IMG/VR virus record: IMGVR_UViG_3300025887_000010
Span: 32,001 to 96,000 of that record
Length of the DNA: 64,000 nt
Origin: a virus
Reading direction: 5' to 3' (one strand)
Shown: piece after piece, positions 16,117 through 23,604 of the stretch
Numbering within the stretch: the stretch's first letter is position 1
Layout of the letters: each line of letters starts with the position of its first letter
Notes under the pieces: generated by a model
Databases searched by the model: none
Seen by the model: only the letters and a program-made list of their open reading frames with translations
What the model was told of the DNA's origin: nothing
Position numbers and translations under genes: made by a program

Positions 16117-17313
16117 TCACATTTCTCCTTTGTCAAACCGCATTTTCAAGAATTCTGGGTGGCGAAGACGACCGGCTGGAGTGTACTCCATGAATTCCGC
16201 TTCGCATTCTTCACCGATCAACTGATCACGAATTTCCCAGAGATATTCGCGTTGCCTATCGGAAAAGCCTCCGCCAATTTTCGTTGTGGTGCCTTTCTGG
16301 GTCTTAACTATCAACGCACCAAGCTTGCCTTTGAGGCGACCTCGTCCTTCATGAAATCCGGTGACTTCGAAAGAGTCTTCAACAAGAGGCTTGACCTTCA
16401 TCCAGTCGAGTGTGCGCTTGAATGAGTACTTGCCCTTCTTCTTCTTGAGGATTGCACCTTCATGACCGGCTTTGCGATACCGATTGTAGGCAGCTTCAGC
16501 TTCTTCGAGAGAGTTCACAATCTCATGTTCGGCGAGTGGAGTCACTAAGATCATTGATTTCAGAGCTGCATATCGTTCTTCGTATTCGCGAGTGCTTTTG
16601 CGAGACTTGAATTCTTCCATTGTGATTGCATCGAAGAGTTTCAGGCTAGAAAGGACTGCGTCTGAAGTGCTGCGATGGATAACACCAACTGAAAGGTTGA
16701 AGTCACCACCATCAGTGATTGCTTCACCATCGAAGACCATGTTGGGATACGCAGAAAGTTCATTGAGAATTTCCGGATCGATATTGTAGAGAGGCTTGCC
16801 GTTTCTCGAAAGAGTTTCAGTGGCTCCATGTGCATCTACAAGAACGACACAGCGAACTCCATCGAATTTCGGCTGAGCGTAACAAGGGAATTCAGTTTTG
16901 GATTTCGTGTAGGACCCAGCCAATTGAAGGCTAAAGGTCTTGTACGCGTCTTTGTAGACGGTACGGAACGATTTACCACCAATTCCGAGTTGGTATGACT
17001 GAAATCGCCCAAGAATCGAGTTGGTCACATTCAGCTGCAAGTCGGAGAAATCTTCGCAGTTATTGCGAAGCCATTTGAAGTCGGACTCTCCCAAGGCCGT
17101 GAGGATTTGTTCATCGGTGATGGCAGATTCGACATTTGGAAGGGTTGGGCGAAGTTTTGAGACTCCGAAGTTGTGGAATGGATCAAATGACCAGGTGATG
17201 ACTTGCACGGTGTGTGCATCAATCTCACGAAGAGCTTCAATTTTTGCATTGGTTCCTTTTGTGGAACCAAGCATTGATAGATCGCGATGGATAAGTTCGA
17301 ATGGATTCATCAT
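16117..17313 (-). CDS. gp30: ATP-dependent DNA ligase
   Basis: QPKFDGVR, FDGE, EGAILK, WMKVKP, IGGGFSD, LRHPEF. Confidence 0.93.
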   Translation of the reverse strand: MMNPFELIHRDLSMLGSTKGTNAKIEALREIDAHTVQVITWSFDPFHNFGVSKLRPTLPNVESAITDEQILTALGESDFKWLRNNCEDFSDLQLNVTNSILGRFQSYQLGIGGKSFRTVYKDAYKTFSLQLAGSYTKSKTEFPCYAQPKFDGVRCVVLVDAHGATETLSRNGKPLYNIDPEILNELSAYPNMVFDGEAITDGGDFNLSVGVIHRSTSDAVLSSLKLFDAITMEEFKSRKSTREYEERYAALKSMILVTPLAEHEIVNSLEEAEAAYNRYRKAGHEGAILKKKKGKYSFKRTLDWMKVKPLVEDSFEVTGFHEGRGRLKGKLGALIVKTQKGTTTKIGGGFSDRQREYLWEIRDQLIGEECEAEFMEYTPAGRLRHPEFLKMRFDKGEM

Positions 17314-17325
17314 ATTGTCCTTTGT

Positions 17326-17607
17326 TTATAGTTCCACTATATCATACATAGCACGCATTGTAAACAAGAAAATTGTCAACGCTATTCGTGAAGGATGACA
17401 CCTGACTTGAGTGTGACGCGAATTCGATACTTGACGTACGGACCAACTGGTGGATTTTTTGGAAATCACAGGACCAGTGTAGCGCATAATACGACCTTGA
17501 ATTCGAATTCCGTCATTTCTCGAATATGCTGAAACTGTGGTTGTTCCTAACATATTCAGTCTCTTTCTAGTTCTCGCTTTACCGAGAAGGTAATCAGCTT
17601 TGGCCAT
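17326..17607 (-). CDS. Possible basic hypothetical protein
   Basis: AGGAAC upstream of ATG (MAKADYLLGK...), but the 3' end runs through the ligase promoter. Confidence 0.3.
   Translation of the reverse strand: MAKADYLLGKARTRKRLNMLGTTTVSAYSRNDGIRIQGRIMRYTGPVISKKSTSWSVRQVSNSRHTQVRCHPSRIALTIFLFTMRAMYDIVEL
17336..17364 (-). promoter_or_regulatory. Early promoter for ligase-Nmad1-gp42-gp33-FkbM operon (TTTACA-N17-TATAGT)
   Basis: Motif match. Confidence 0.7.
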
Positions 17608-17636
17608 AATTTCTGTTCCTAAAGTGTAGTCCAAGT

Positions 17637-18341
17637 CTACTCAGAAGATTGCTTCTTGAGGATAAGTTTCAAAATTTGATCGACAGTCTGGACACTTTCG
17701 ACCTCGTGATCGTCGATTTCAAGTTCGAAATCTTCCTCGATGAGTATATGGATTTCGACACAATCCAAACTGTCAGCTCCCAAATCAGTGTGGATGTCTG
17801 AATTGGGGTGAACGAGATCGATATCAACCATGAGATGGCTTGCGAGAATACTTTTGATACGGGTAAGAAGACTGTCGTTTTCGACTTCCTTCACTGGTTT
17901 ATCATCAGTGATTGTCATCGGGATGATCGACGATTCACGATCTCCGAAAATATATAGGTTTGGGTTCTTCCAGCGAGCTTCGAATTCCTCGTTCGGAATG
18001 TAGAAGATGCGATCAATCCCAGCTTTGAATAGCTTGGAGATGCATCCTCCACATGGGAAACCAGTTACGTAGGCATCACATCCTTCGACACGAGTACCGA
18101 ATTGAGCAGCATTCAGGAGTGCATTCTCTTCAGCGTGGATTGAAAAGACAAGACGATCGTCGCGTTGTAGATTTTCAACTGCGTCATCATCGATACCTGG
18201 ACAATTTCCATTCCATCCAGTAGAGATGATGTGGTGTGACTTGGAGGCAATAACACATCCAACATGAGCACCGTTATGTTTCGAATTTTGCGATGCAAGA
18301 GATGCAACACACATTGGGTAGGTTGTGATGCTCTTCATCAA
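17637..18341 (-). CDS. cd: dCMP deaminase fused to a C-terminal acyl carrier protein domain
   Basis: HAEENA and PCGGC zinc motifs, then in frame RIKSILASHL...DLGADSLDCVEI...EEDFELEIDD...TV (ACP; Ser codon at 17769-17771). Confidence 0.88.
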   Translation of the reverse strand: MMKSITTYPMCVASLASQNSKHNGAHVGCVIASKSHHIISTGWNGNCPGIDDDAVENLQRDDRLVFSIHAEENALLNAAQFGTRVEGCDAYVTGFPCGGCISKLFKAGIDRIFYIPNEEFEARWKNPNLYIFGDRESSIIPMTITDDKPVKEVENDSLLTRIKSILASHLMVDIDLVHPNSDIHTDLGADSLDCVEIHILIEEDFELEIDDHEVESVQTVDQILKLILKKQSSE

Positions 18342-18538
18342 ACTTCCTCCATCCTTTCGGCCGCATTGATCGAATTCGTCACATCCTCGATGTGTTTATT
18401 CGCATCGTTGATCGCATTCTGAGCTTCCAAACCTGCAATTCCACAGCGAACGTCAGAGTGAATGAACGCCTGTGTGAGTGCATTGCGCAATTTCACAATG
18501 AGATCAAACTGTTCTTTCGATTGGACTTTTTTATTCAT
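18338..18538 (-). CDS. Hypothetical protein
   Basis: AAGGAA RBS before ATG 18538; promoter at 18574-18602. Confidence 0.65.
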   Translation of the reverse strand: MNKKVQSKEQFDLIVKLRNALTQAFIHSDVRCGIAGLEAQNAINDANKHIEDVTNSINAAERMEEV

Positions 18539-18596
18539 GTCTACGTTTCCTTTGTTTAAGGTTTCATAATTCAATCATAACACAAAGCAAATGCGA

Positions 18597-18787
18597 TGTA
18601 CACACAAAAATGGCGAGCACGAGGCTCGCCATTTCTTTTATAAATGTTGCTTTAGACGATTACAGCATGACAATCTCCCCTTATTCTAAAAGCGTTTGAA
18701 AGACGATTTCAAAAGTTTCGATAGTTAAGATATATCACACTCTGTACGTCTTGTACACACAAAAATGGCGAGCACGAGGCTCGCCAT
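18597..18787 (-). repeat. 36-bp direct repeat (18597-18632 and 18752-18787): terminator hairpin fused to the -35 box of an early promoter
   Basis: Identical TGTACACACAAAAATGGCGAGCACGAGGCTCGCCAT in both copies; GGCGAGC/GCTCGCC stem followed by TTTTTG on the minus strand; -10 boxes at 18574-18579 and 18729-18734. Confidence 0.9.
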
Positions 18788-18813
18788 CATTTTGATCAGT
18801 GTTTCTGTTCGAC

Positions 18814-20133
18814 TTAGAACAGGATACCAGTCACGCGGAACAAGCGGTAGAACTTGTTGGTCCGTGCTACGACTGCGCCGTTCGTGTCTGCCAGAGGGTT
18901 GACAACGAAACCGGCCCGTGTCTTGAAGAACATGACTGGCTGACCCGATGTTGGGGACACAGTTTCAACGCTCCAGACTGGGACGTATGGGCAGTAGAAT
19001 GCACCAGCTGCATATTCGGCATCGCCTTTCCAACCAACCATGCAGAAACCTGCGTTGGGGGAAGAGACTTGCGCACGGTCGTCACGGTAGATGCGCACTT
19101 TGCCCATCAGCATGCCGACTGCAGTCGTGGTGTCAGTGATGACCTCAGATGCGCCGGAGAACTGGTTGTTCGCAGGGCTGAGTTCACTGATGAAGCCGGA
19201 GTTGGCGAGCAGGTTGTAGGTCTTCGTGTCAACCACGGCAAAGTTACCATGACCGGTACGAGTGTCAAACATGATCTGCGAACATTCATGCAGAATGCGC
19301 ATTGCCAAGATACGACCTTTCTCACCAATCCACTGACCGTCGGTGTCAGCGTTCAAATCGTATACGCCAGGAGTGGTTGTGTCGGAGCAACCCAGAACTG
19401 CCGAGATGTACAACTTGCGAAGCGTTTCGTAGTTGATTTCGGAAGTCAGCTGTTCGGACATCATCGAGCCGAACATGGATTTGCCGTCGACACCGTGTTG
19501 TGCTGCAAGGTCCTGAATCATTTCCATCGAGAAGTTCGACATCAATGCGCGGGTCTTGGCTTGCACAGGGACGGAGTCCACAGTCATGGCGACCTGAGCG
19601 GTCACGTCGTCTTCGCCTTCGCCACTGGACATGAACCCACCAGTCGTAAAGCCGGAACCGATACCAGTACCAGCGTCGGCAGTTGGATCAGAGGCGCGGT
19701 CAGTGGCAACAACAGCAGCTTCGCGAGCGCCGGCAGAATCGAGACCAGTGAAGTCAGCTTGTGTGTTGTTGAGCGCAATTTCAGCGCCAGATTGGTTATT
19801 GAACCGTGGACGCCATGCGAAAGCAAGACCGGTTGGACCAGTAAGTGGTTGAGTACCAACAAGCTGGTTACCCAGAATCTGTGGACCCATCCGGCGAACC
19901 AGAGAGATTACCACCTGGTCATAGCCAGAAACGCCGCCAGCAGTGTTTGTCGGTGCAGCTTCTTGGAAGACGCTCTTCTGAGAGGCCAGGAAGTTGCGTG
20001 TGTTTTCCAGCATACGGGCGATGCCCATCTGCTTGGTTTTGTCCTTGACAGGCTCCATCGTGTCGTCCTGTGCTTCAAGCACTTTCTTCCACTTTTGGGC
20101 AAGGAAATGGTCGTTTTCACCATAAAATTCCAT
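18814..20133 (-). CDS. gp23: Major capsid protein
   Basis: ISLVRR, VGTQPLTGPTGLAFA, KTRAL, FYCPYVP, QPVMFFKTR; AGGAG RBS before ATG 20133. Confidence 0.96.
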   Translation of the reverse strand: MEFYGENDHFLAQKWKKVLEAQDDTMEPVKDKTKQMGIARMLENTRNFLASQKSVFQEAAPTNTAGGVSGYDQVVISLVRRMGPQILGNQLVGTQPLTGPTGLAFAWRPRFNNQSGAEIALNNTQADFTGLDSAGAREAAVVATDRASDPTADAGTGIGSGFTTGGFMSSGEGEDDVTAQVAMTVDSVPVQAKTRALMSNFSMEMIQDLAAQHGVDGKSMFGSMMSEQLTSEINYETLRKLYISAVLGCSDTTTPGVYDLNADTDGQWIGEKGRILAMRILHECSQIMFDTRTGHGNFAVVDTKTYNLLANSGFISELSPANNQFSGASEVITDTTTAVGMLMGKVRIYRDDRAQVSSPNAGFCMVGWKGDAEYAAGAFYCPYVPVWSVETVSPTSGQPVMFFKTRAGFVVNPLADTNGAVVARTNKFYRLFRVTGILF

Positions 20134-20182
20134 CGTGTTTTCTCCTAAGGGTGTTGGATCATTTGTTGCATGATCATTCGTA

Positions 20183-20189
20183 TATTTTA
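20183..20189 (-). promoter_or_regulatory. Candidate late promoter TAAAATA upstream of gp23
   Basis: 50 nt upstream of the gp23 start; the motif recurs before late genes. Confidence 0.55.
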
Positions 20190-20213
20190 CTCGTGCTGGC
20201 ATTCGATTTTAGA

Positions 20214-20597
20214 TCAGGACTTCAACATCCTTGTGACGATCTTGTTGCCCTTTTCACGAAAGGCTTTCACGAACTCGGGTGACGAAATCCCAGAGCAGGA
20301 CTCTGCAATATGTACTTCAGTTCGATATCCTTGCGTGATCGTGTGACGGACAGAACCCATTGCGATTCCATTTTTGGTCGTAAGAATGTTCTCGATCACT
20401 ATGGATTCGCCATCATTATCCACCGAGGTGCTCACTGCAAACCCGGAAGACTCGAGGAAGGTCTTCGAAAATGATTCGATGACCTTCGAAATTGATTCGA
20501 CTTCAGAGTCAGTGAGCGTCAAGGATGTGACAGACTCCGTGAAGAGATTGTCACACCCTCTTTCGCTCAAATCCTCGAGGATTTGGCTGATCCGCAT
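20214..20597 (-). CDS. Hypothetical protein between gp22 and gp23 (possible internal head protein)
   Basis: ATG 20597 directly after the gp22 stop; N-terminus MRISQILE. Confidence 0.6.
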   Translation of the reverse strand: MRISQILEDLSERGCDNLFTESVTSLTLTDSEVESISKVIESFSKTFLESSGFAVSTSVDNDGESIVIENILTTKNGIAMGSVRHTITQGYRTEVHIAESCSGISSPEFVKAFREKGNKIVTRMLKS

Positions 20598-20598
20598 A

Positions 20599-21786
20599 TC
20601 AGCTTTCCATTGCTTCATCGATTGCACTGAAGAGGTCACCCTTGACTTCGCTCTTGAGACTGAAATTAGTGTCAGCGTTCTCGACAATGCGCTTCATGTA
20701 GTTGTCGTTTTCGGAGTCTTTCTCGGTGAAGAACTTGGTCTTCAACATGGTGGCCTTGCCTTTGAAGTCTTCAAACGAGCTGAAGTCGACCTCGTTGACA
20801 GATTCGACGAAGCGTTCCTTTACAGAGTCCGTCATGTCGTCAGAAGCATTCTCAACGAAGCGTTCAATCTTCAGCAGAAGAGCTTCTTTGCGAACGGTAT
20901 CCAACTTGGTAGAAAGCTCTTCGACGAAATCGGTCTTGTCCTTCAGATCAGACTGCAGTTCCTGAATTTTGGAGCTGTTTTCGGCCTTCATCTCGAAGTC
21001 GGTGTCTGAGAACAGAGTCTGAGTTTCCTCAAAGAGAGTCTCCAGTTTGGCAAGACGTGCCTTATCGACGATGACATCACCATGAGATTCGAAGAAGTCG
21101 TTTGTTGCACGTTCGACGTATGCAGAAACACGACGGTCAATTTCTTTCTCCTGGGCTTTCGCATTGGCTTCGTACTTTCGCTCCATTTTCGATAGAGCCT
21201 TTTCAGAAACGGCAACAGCGACTCGTGCGATCTCGGTCTTCAGAACAGCGACAAAGGCGGCAGAGCGTTCTTCATCAAGGTCGAGAGATTCGATGACCTT
21301 CTTGACGACAGCGTTGTCGACCACGGAGATTGGAGCAGACTCACCAAGAATTGGAGCTTCATCGTCTTCATCGCCTAACTCGTCATCTTCATCGCCCATT
21401 TCGTCGTCCTCATCACCCATTTCATCGATGAGTGGATCATCAAGACCGTCGATGGACTCTTTCTTCTTCTTCTCTTCGTAGTCCTTGTCGTCCTTGTCGT
21501 CCTTGTCGTCGTCCTTGTCGTCGTCCTTGTCGTCGTCCTTGTCGTCGTCCTTGTCGTCGTCCTTGTCGTCGTCCTTGTCGGACTCTTTCTTCTTCGCTTC
21601 CATCTTGGCGAAGATCGAACGAATCTTGTACGATTCGCCTTTTGTCAGCGTGGGAGCGTCATCAACGGATTCGTTAAGCAGTGCGAATCCCTTGTCGGCG
21701 TTCTCAGCAAAAGCGGTCGTGATCTCATTCAGTTTGCTTGGGTTTTTGCTTGCAAGGTCCTGCAAAGCTTTCAGAATTCTATCCAT
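20599..21786 (-). CDS. gp22: Prohead core scaffold protein
   Basis: Acidic coiled coil between gp21 and gp23; VSAYVE, VDFSSFEDFKGKATMLKTKFF, MKRI C-terminal pattern. Confidence 0.85.
   Translation of the reverse strand: MDRILKALQDLASKNPSKLNEITTAFAENADKGFALLNESVDDAPTLTKGESYKIRSIFAKMEAKKKESDKDDDKDDDKDDDKDDDKDDDKDDDKDDKDDKDYEEKKKKESIDGLDDPLIDEMGDEDDEMGDEDDELGDEDDEAPILGESAPISVVDNAVVKKVIESLDLDEERSAAFVAVLKTEIARVAVAVSEKALSKMERKYEANAKAQEKEIDRRVSAYVERATNDFFESHGDVIVDKARLAKLETLFEETQTLFSDTDFEMKAENSSKIQELQSDLKDKTDFVEELSTKLDTVRKEALLLKIERFVENASDDMTDSVKERFVESVNEVDFSSFEDFKGKATMLKTKFFTEKDSENDNYMKRIVENADTNFSLKSEVKGDLFSAIDEAMES
21481..21580. repeat. In-frame tandem repeat (12-bp GTCGTCCTTGTC about 6 times plus 9-bp units) encoding (DDDK)n
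   Basis: Visible directly in the sequence. Confidence 0.95.
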
Positions 21787-21802
21787 GGAATGGCCTCTCT
21801 TT

Positions 21803-22450
21803 CTAGAATTTTGTGATGTTGCGGATCAGTTTCCTGAACTCGCTTGTTGAAAGTTGGTCCACTTTGCGCAGTTTGCTTGCAGTAGACTTTGTGATGATTC
21901 CTTCCTCAACGAAGAACTCAGTGTTCTCAGCGAATGCACGAACCATCGCATCAGGAGCAGATGGATTCGAGACGATGTCCACGGCGGTCATGATGTACAT
22001 TTCCATATACTCGATTCCGTCTTTATGGACTTTCGACTTTCCTCCGCCTCTTGTTGAGACTCCCAAATTCACACCGGATGTGGCAAGACCTTTTGCAGTA
22101 TTGCCCATAGGGGTATCAGTAATCTTCGCTTTACCGTAGATGTTCTTTCCGTCGAACCGCATCTCGGTGATAAGGTGCGACACGTTTTGAAGAGCGACGG
22201 TCAATCCTTCTGGGTGGTCCAGTTCGCCGAGGGCAATGCCTCGTTTGATGCGTGTTTCGATATAAGCTTCGGCGGCAGGGAACAGAACATCCTCAGGATA
22301 GTTCCGTCCGTTTCCATTCACCAGATCGGCTTGGGCGAAGATACCTTCGATGTAGAAGGCGCTCACACCTGAATCATTCTTATTCTCAAAGAACTCCAGG
22401 TTCGAGTGTCCCACGTCTTCTGAGAAGAGATTCAGAGCGACTTTAGTCAT
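21803..22450 (-). CDS. gp21: Prohead protease
   Basis: IEGIFAQAD..NGNGRNYP, GELDHP, GVSTRG, D.VSNPSAPDA. Confidence 0.96.
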   Translation of the reverse strand: MTKVALNLFSEDVGHSNLEFFENKNDSGVSAFYIEGIFAQADLVNGNGRNYPEDVLFPAAEAYIETRIKRGIALGELDHPEGLTVALQNVSHLITEMRFDGKNIYGKAKITDTPMGNTAKGLATSGVNLGVSTRGGGKSKVHKDGIEYMEMYIMTAVDIVSNPSAPDAMVRAFAENTEFFVEEGIITKSTASKLRKVDQLSTSEFRKLIRNITKF

Positions 22451-22454
22451 GTGA

Positions 22455-22604
22455 TTATCCTTTTGGGTTTTTCTTTGTTATTTTACCCATTTCGTGCATT
22501 TGGTTGTCCCGCTTCGTTTCGATACCTTTGCTCAACTTTTCGTCGAACATCTGCTTGAATTTCTGGTAGTCACCAGCCTTGATGGTCTTGAAGGTTTCGG
22601 TCAT
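22455..22604 (-). CDS. gp67-like prohead core protein (49 aa, not in ORF track)
   Basis: MTETFKTIKAGDYQKFKQMFDEKLSKGIETKRDNQMHEMGK resembles the T4 gp67 N-terminus (AIKSNDLVAARKLF); located between gp20 and gp21. Confidence 0.55.
   Translation of the reverse strand: MTETFKTIKAGDYQKFKQMFDEKLSKGIETKRDNQMHEMGKITKKNPKG
22479..22485 (-). promoter_or_regulatory. Candidate late promoter TAAAATA upstream of gp21
   Basis: 29 nt upstream of the gp21 ATG. Confidence 0.5.
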
Positions 22605-23056
22605 TCGTCAAATCTCCTTGAGATGTAAAATGATACAGGGGGGTACGGAATAGGATTCGGAAACATCCTTTGCAACCATGTACATCGAGGAATTTCATAG
22701 ACCTGGTAGGTCGTATTACCCGAATCGATTGATCGACCGATGTCGACCGAAACTTCATAACTGTGAGCTCCAAGGTCTTCTGACGGCAGCTTTGCAAGAA
22801 TAGGAGTCGACACCAGTTGGTGGACAATGTCTGCAGAATCGATGATCTCTCGCTTAAAGCTGACGCTACAAGATTTGACAACATCCCCAGACCATCGGTA
22901 GACGAGCTTGTCCGCCTCGATATATGGTGTGTAAAGCACGTCGTTCCGGACGTTTTCTGCGGTACCTTCATTGTAGGTCATGAACGGATAAATGACGAAA
23001 ACACTAACCCAGATGGCAGCGGCCAACGCTGTAATATATGATGTGATCTTCATCAA
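22601..23056 (-). CDS. N-terminally anchored periplasmic protein (possible lysis accessory)
   Basis: One N-terminal TM helix and two Cys in the soluble domain. Confidence 0.55.
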   Translation of the reverse strand: MMKITSYITALAAAIWVSVFVIYPFMTYNEGTAENVRNDVLYTPYIEADKLVYRWSGDVVKSCSVSFKREIIDSADIVHQLVSTPILAKLPSEDLGAHSYEVSVDIGRSIDSGNTTYQVYEIPRCTWLQRMFPNPIPYPPVSFYISRRFDE

Positions 23057-23295
23057 ACTTTTCCTGATCCGGCTGCGTTGAATATACCCTGTATGAGATT
23101 CGCGGCAGCATCTTTGAAAACGGCATAGAGTGCGATGATGGCGAGGAGAACTTGAGCAACCTTACCGAATGTCCCCACCTTCTTCGCAGCTCTTTTCCAA
23201 AAGATGTTACCTTCTGCCATCTCGAGAAGCGCTTTGCGTTTCTCTGCAGGGATATCACCCCAAGATTCTGGCAGTCCTGAATTGTTTTCTGCCAT
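23053..23295 (-). CDS. Small single-TM membrane protein (holin-like candidate)
   Basis: VAQVLLAIIALYAVF helix preceded by basic residues. Confidence 0.5.
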   Translation of the reverse strand: MAENNSGLPESWGDIPAEKRKALLEMAEGNIFWKRAAKKVGTFGKVAQVLLAIIALYAVFKDAAANLIQGIFNAAGSGKV

Positions 23296-23604
23296 TTAGA
23301 AGCTCCAATCGCCTTGTGTGTTTTCGAGTGTTTCCACTGCTTTTGCAAGCTTGTCGATTCGGGTTTTGACTTCCCGGAATGATAATGAGAATGATTTTGG
23401 ACCACTCTGTCCGTACGTCATGTCGAGCTTGTTGAACATTTCGTTCATGTCCGGATTCGAGAAGACCTTACGGCCCAATTCTTCGAGACTCTTCACCGCA
23501 GCTTTCGGCGTCTTGAAATTCAGAGAAAGGCTCACACCGGTCTCAACTTTGAATTCGTTGAAGACTTTTGGTGCTTCGGTTGGTTTAAGATCGGCAATCT
23601 TCAT
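23296..23604 (-). CDS. Hypothetical protein
   Basis: Coupled to the gp20 stop. Confidence 0.65.
   Translation of the reverse strand: MKIADLKPTEAPKVFNEFKVETGVSLSLNFKTPKAAVKSLEELGRKVFSNPDMNEMFNKLDMTYGQSGPKSFSLSFREVKTRIDKLAKAVETLENTQGDWSF

Noticed and set aside
18799-20148. 449-aa plus-strand ORF
   Set aside because: Antisense shadow of gp23 produced by codon bias; no RBS and no recognisable motifs. The same applies to the many other antisense ORFs in the track (e.g. 471-1013, 8324-8860, 20374-21009).
21481-21580. Possible CRISPR-like array
   Set aside because: Perfect in-frame tandem repeats without spacers inside gp22; no CRISPR array or cas operon. The Cas4-like gene is a standard phage exonuclease.
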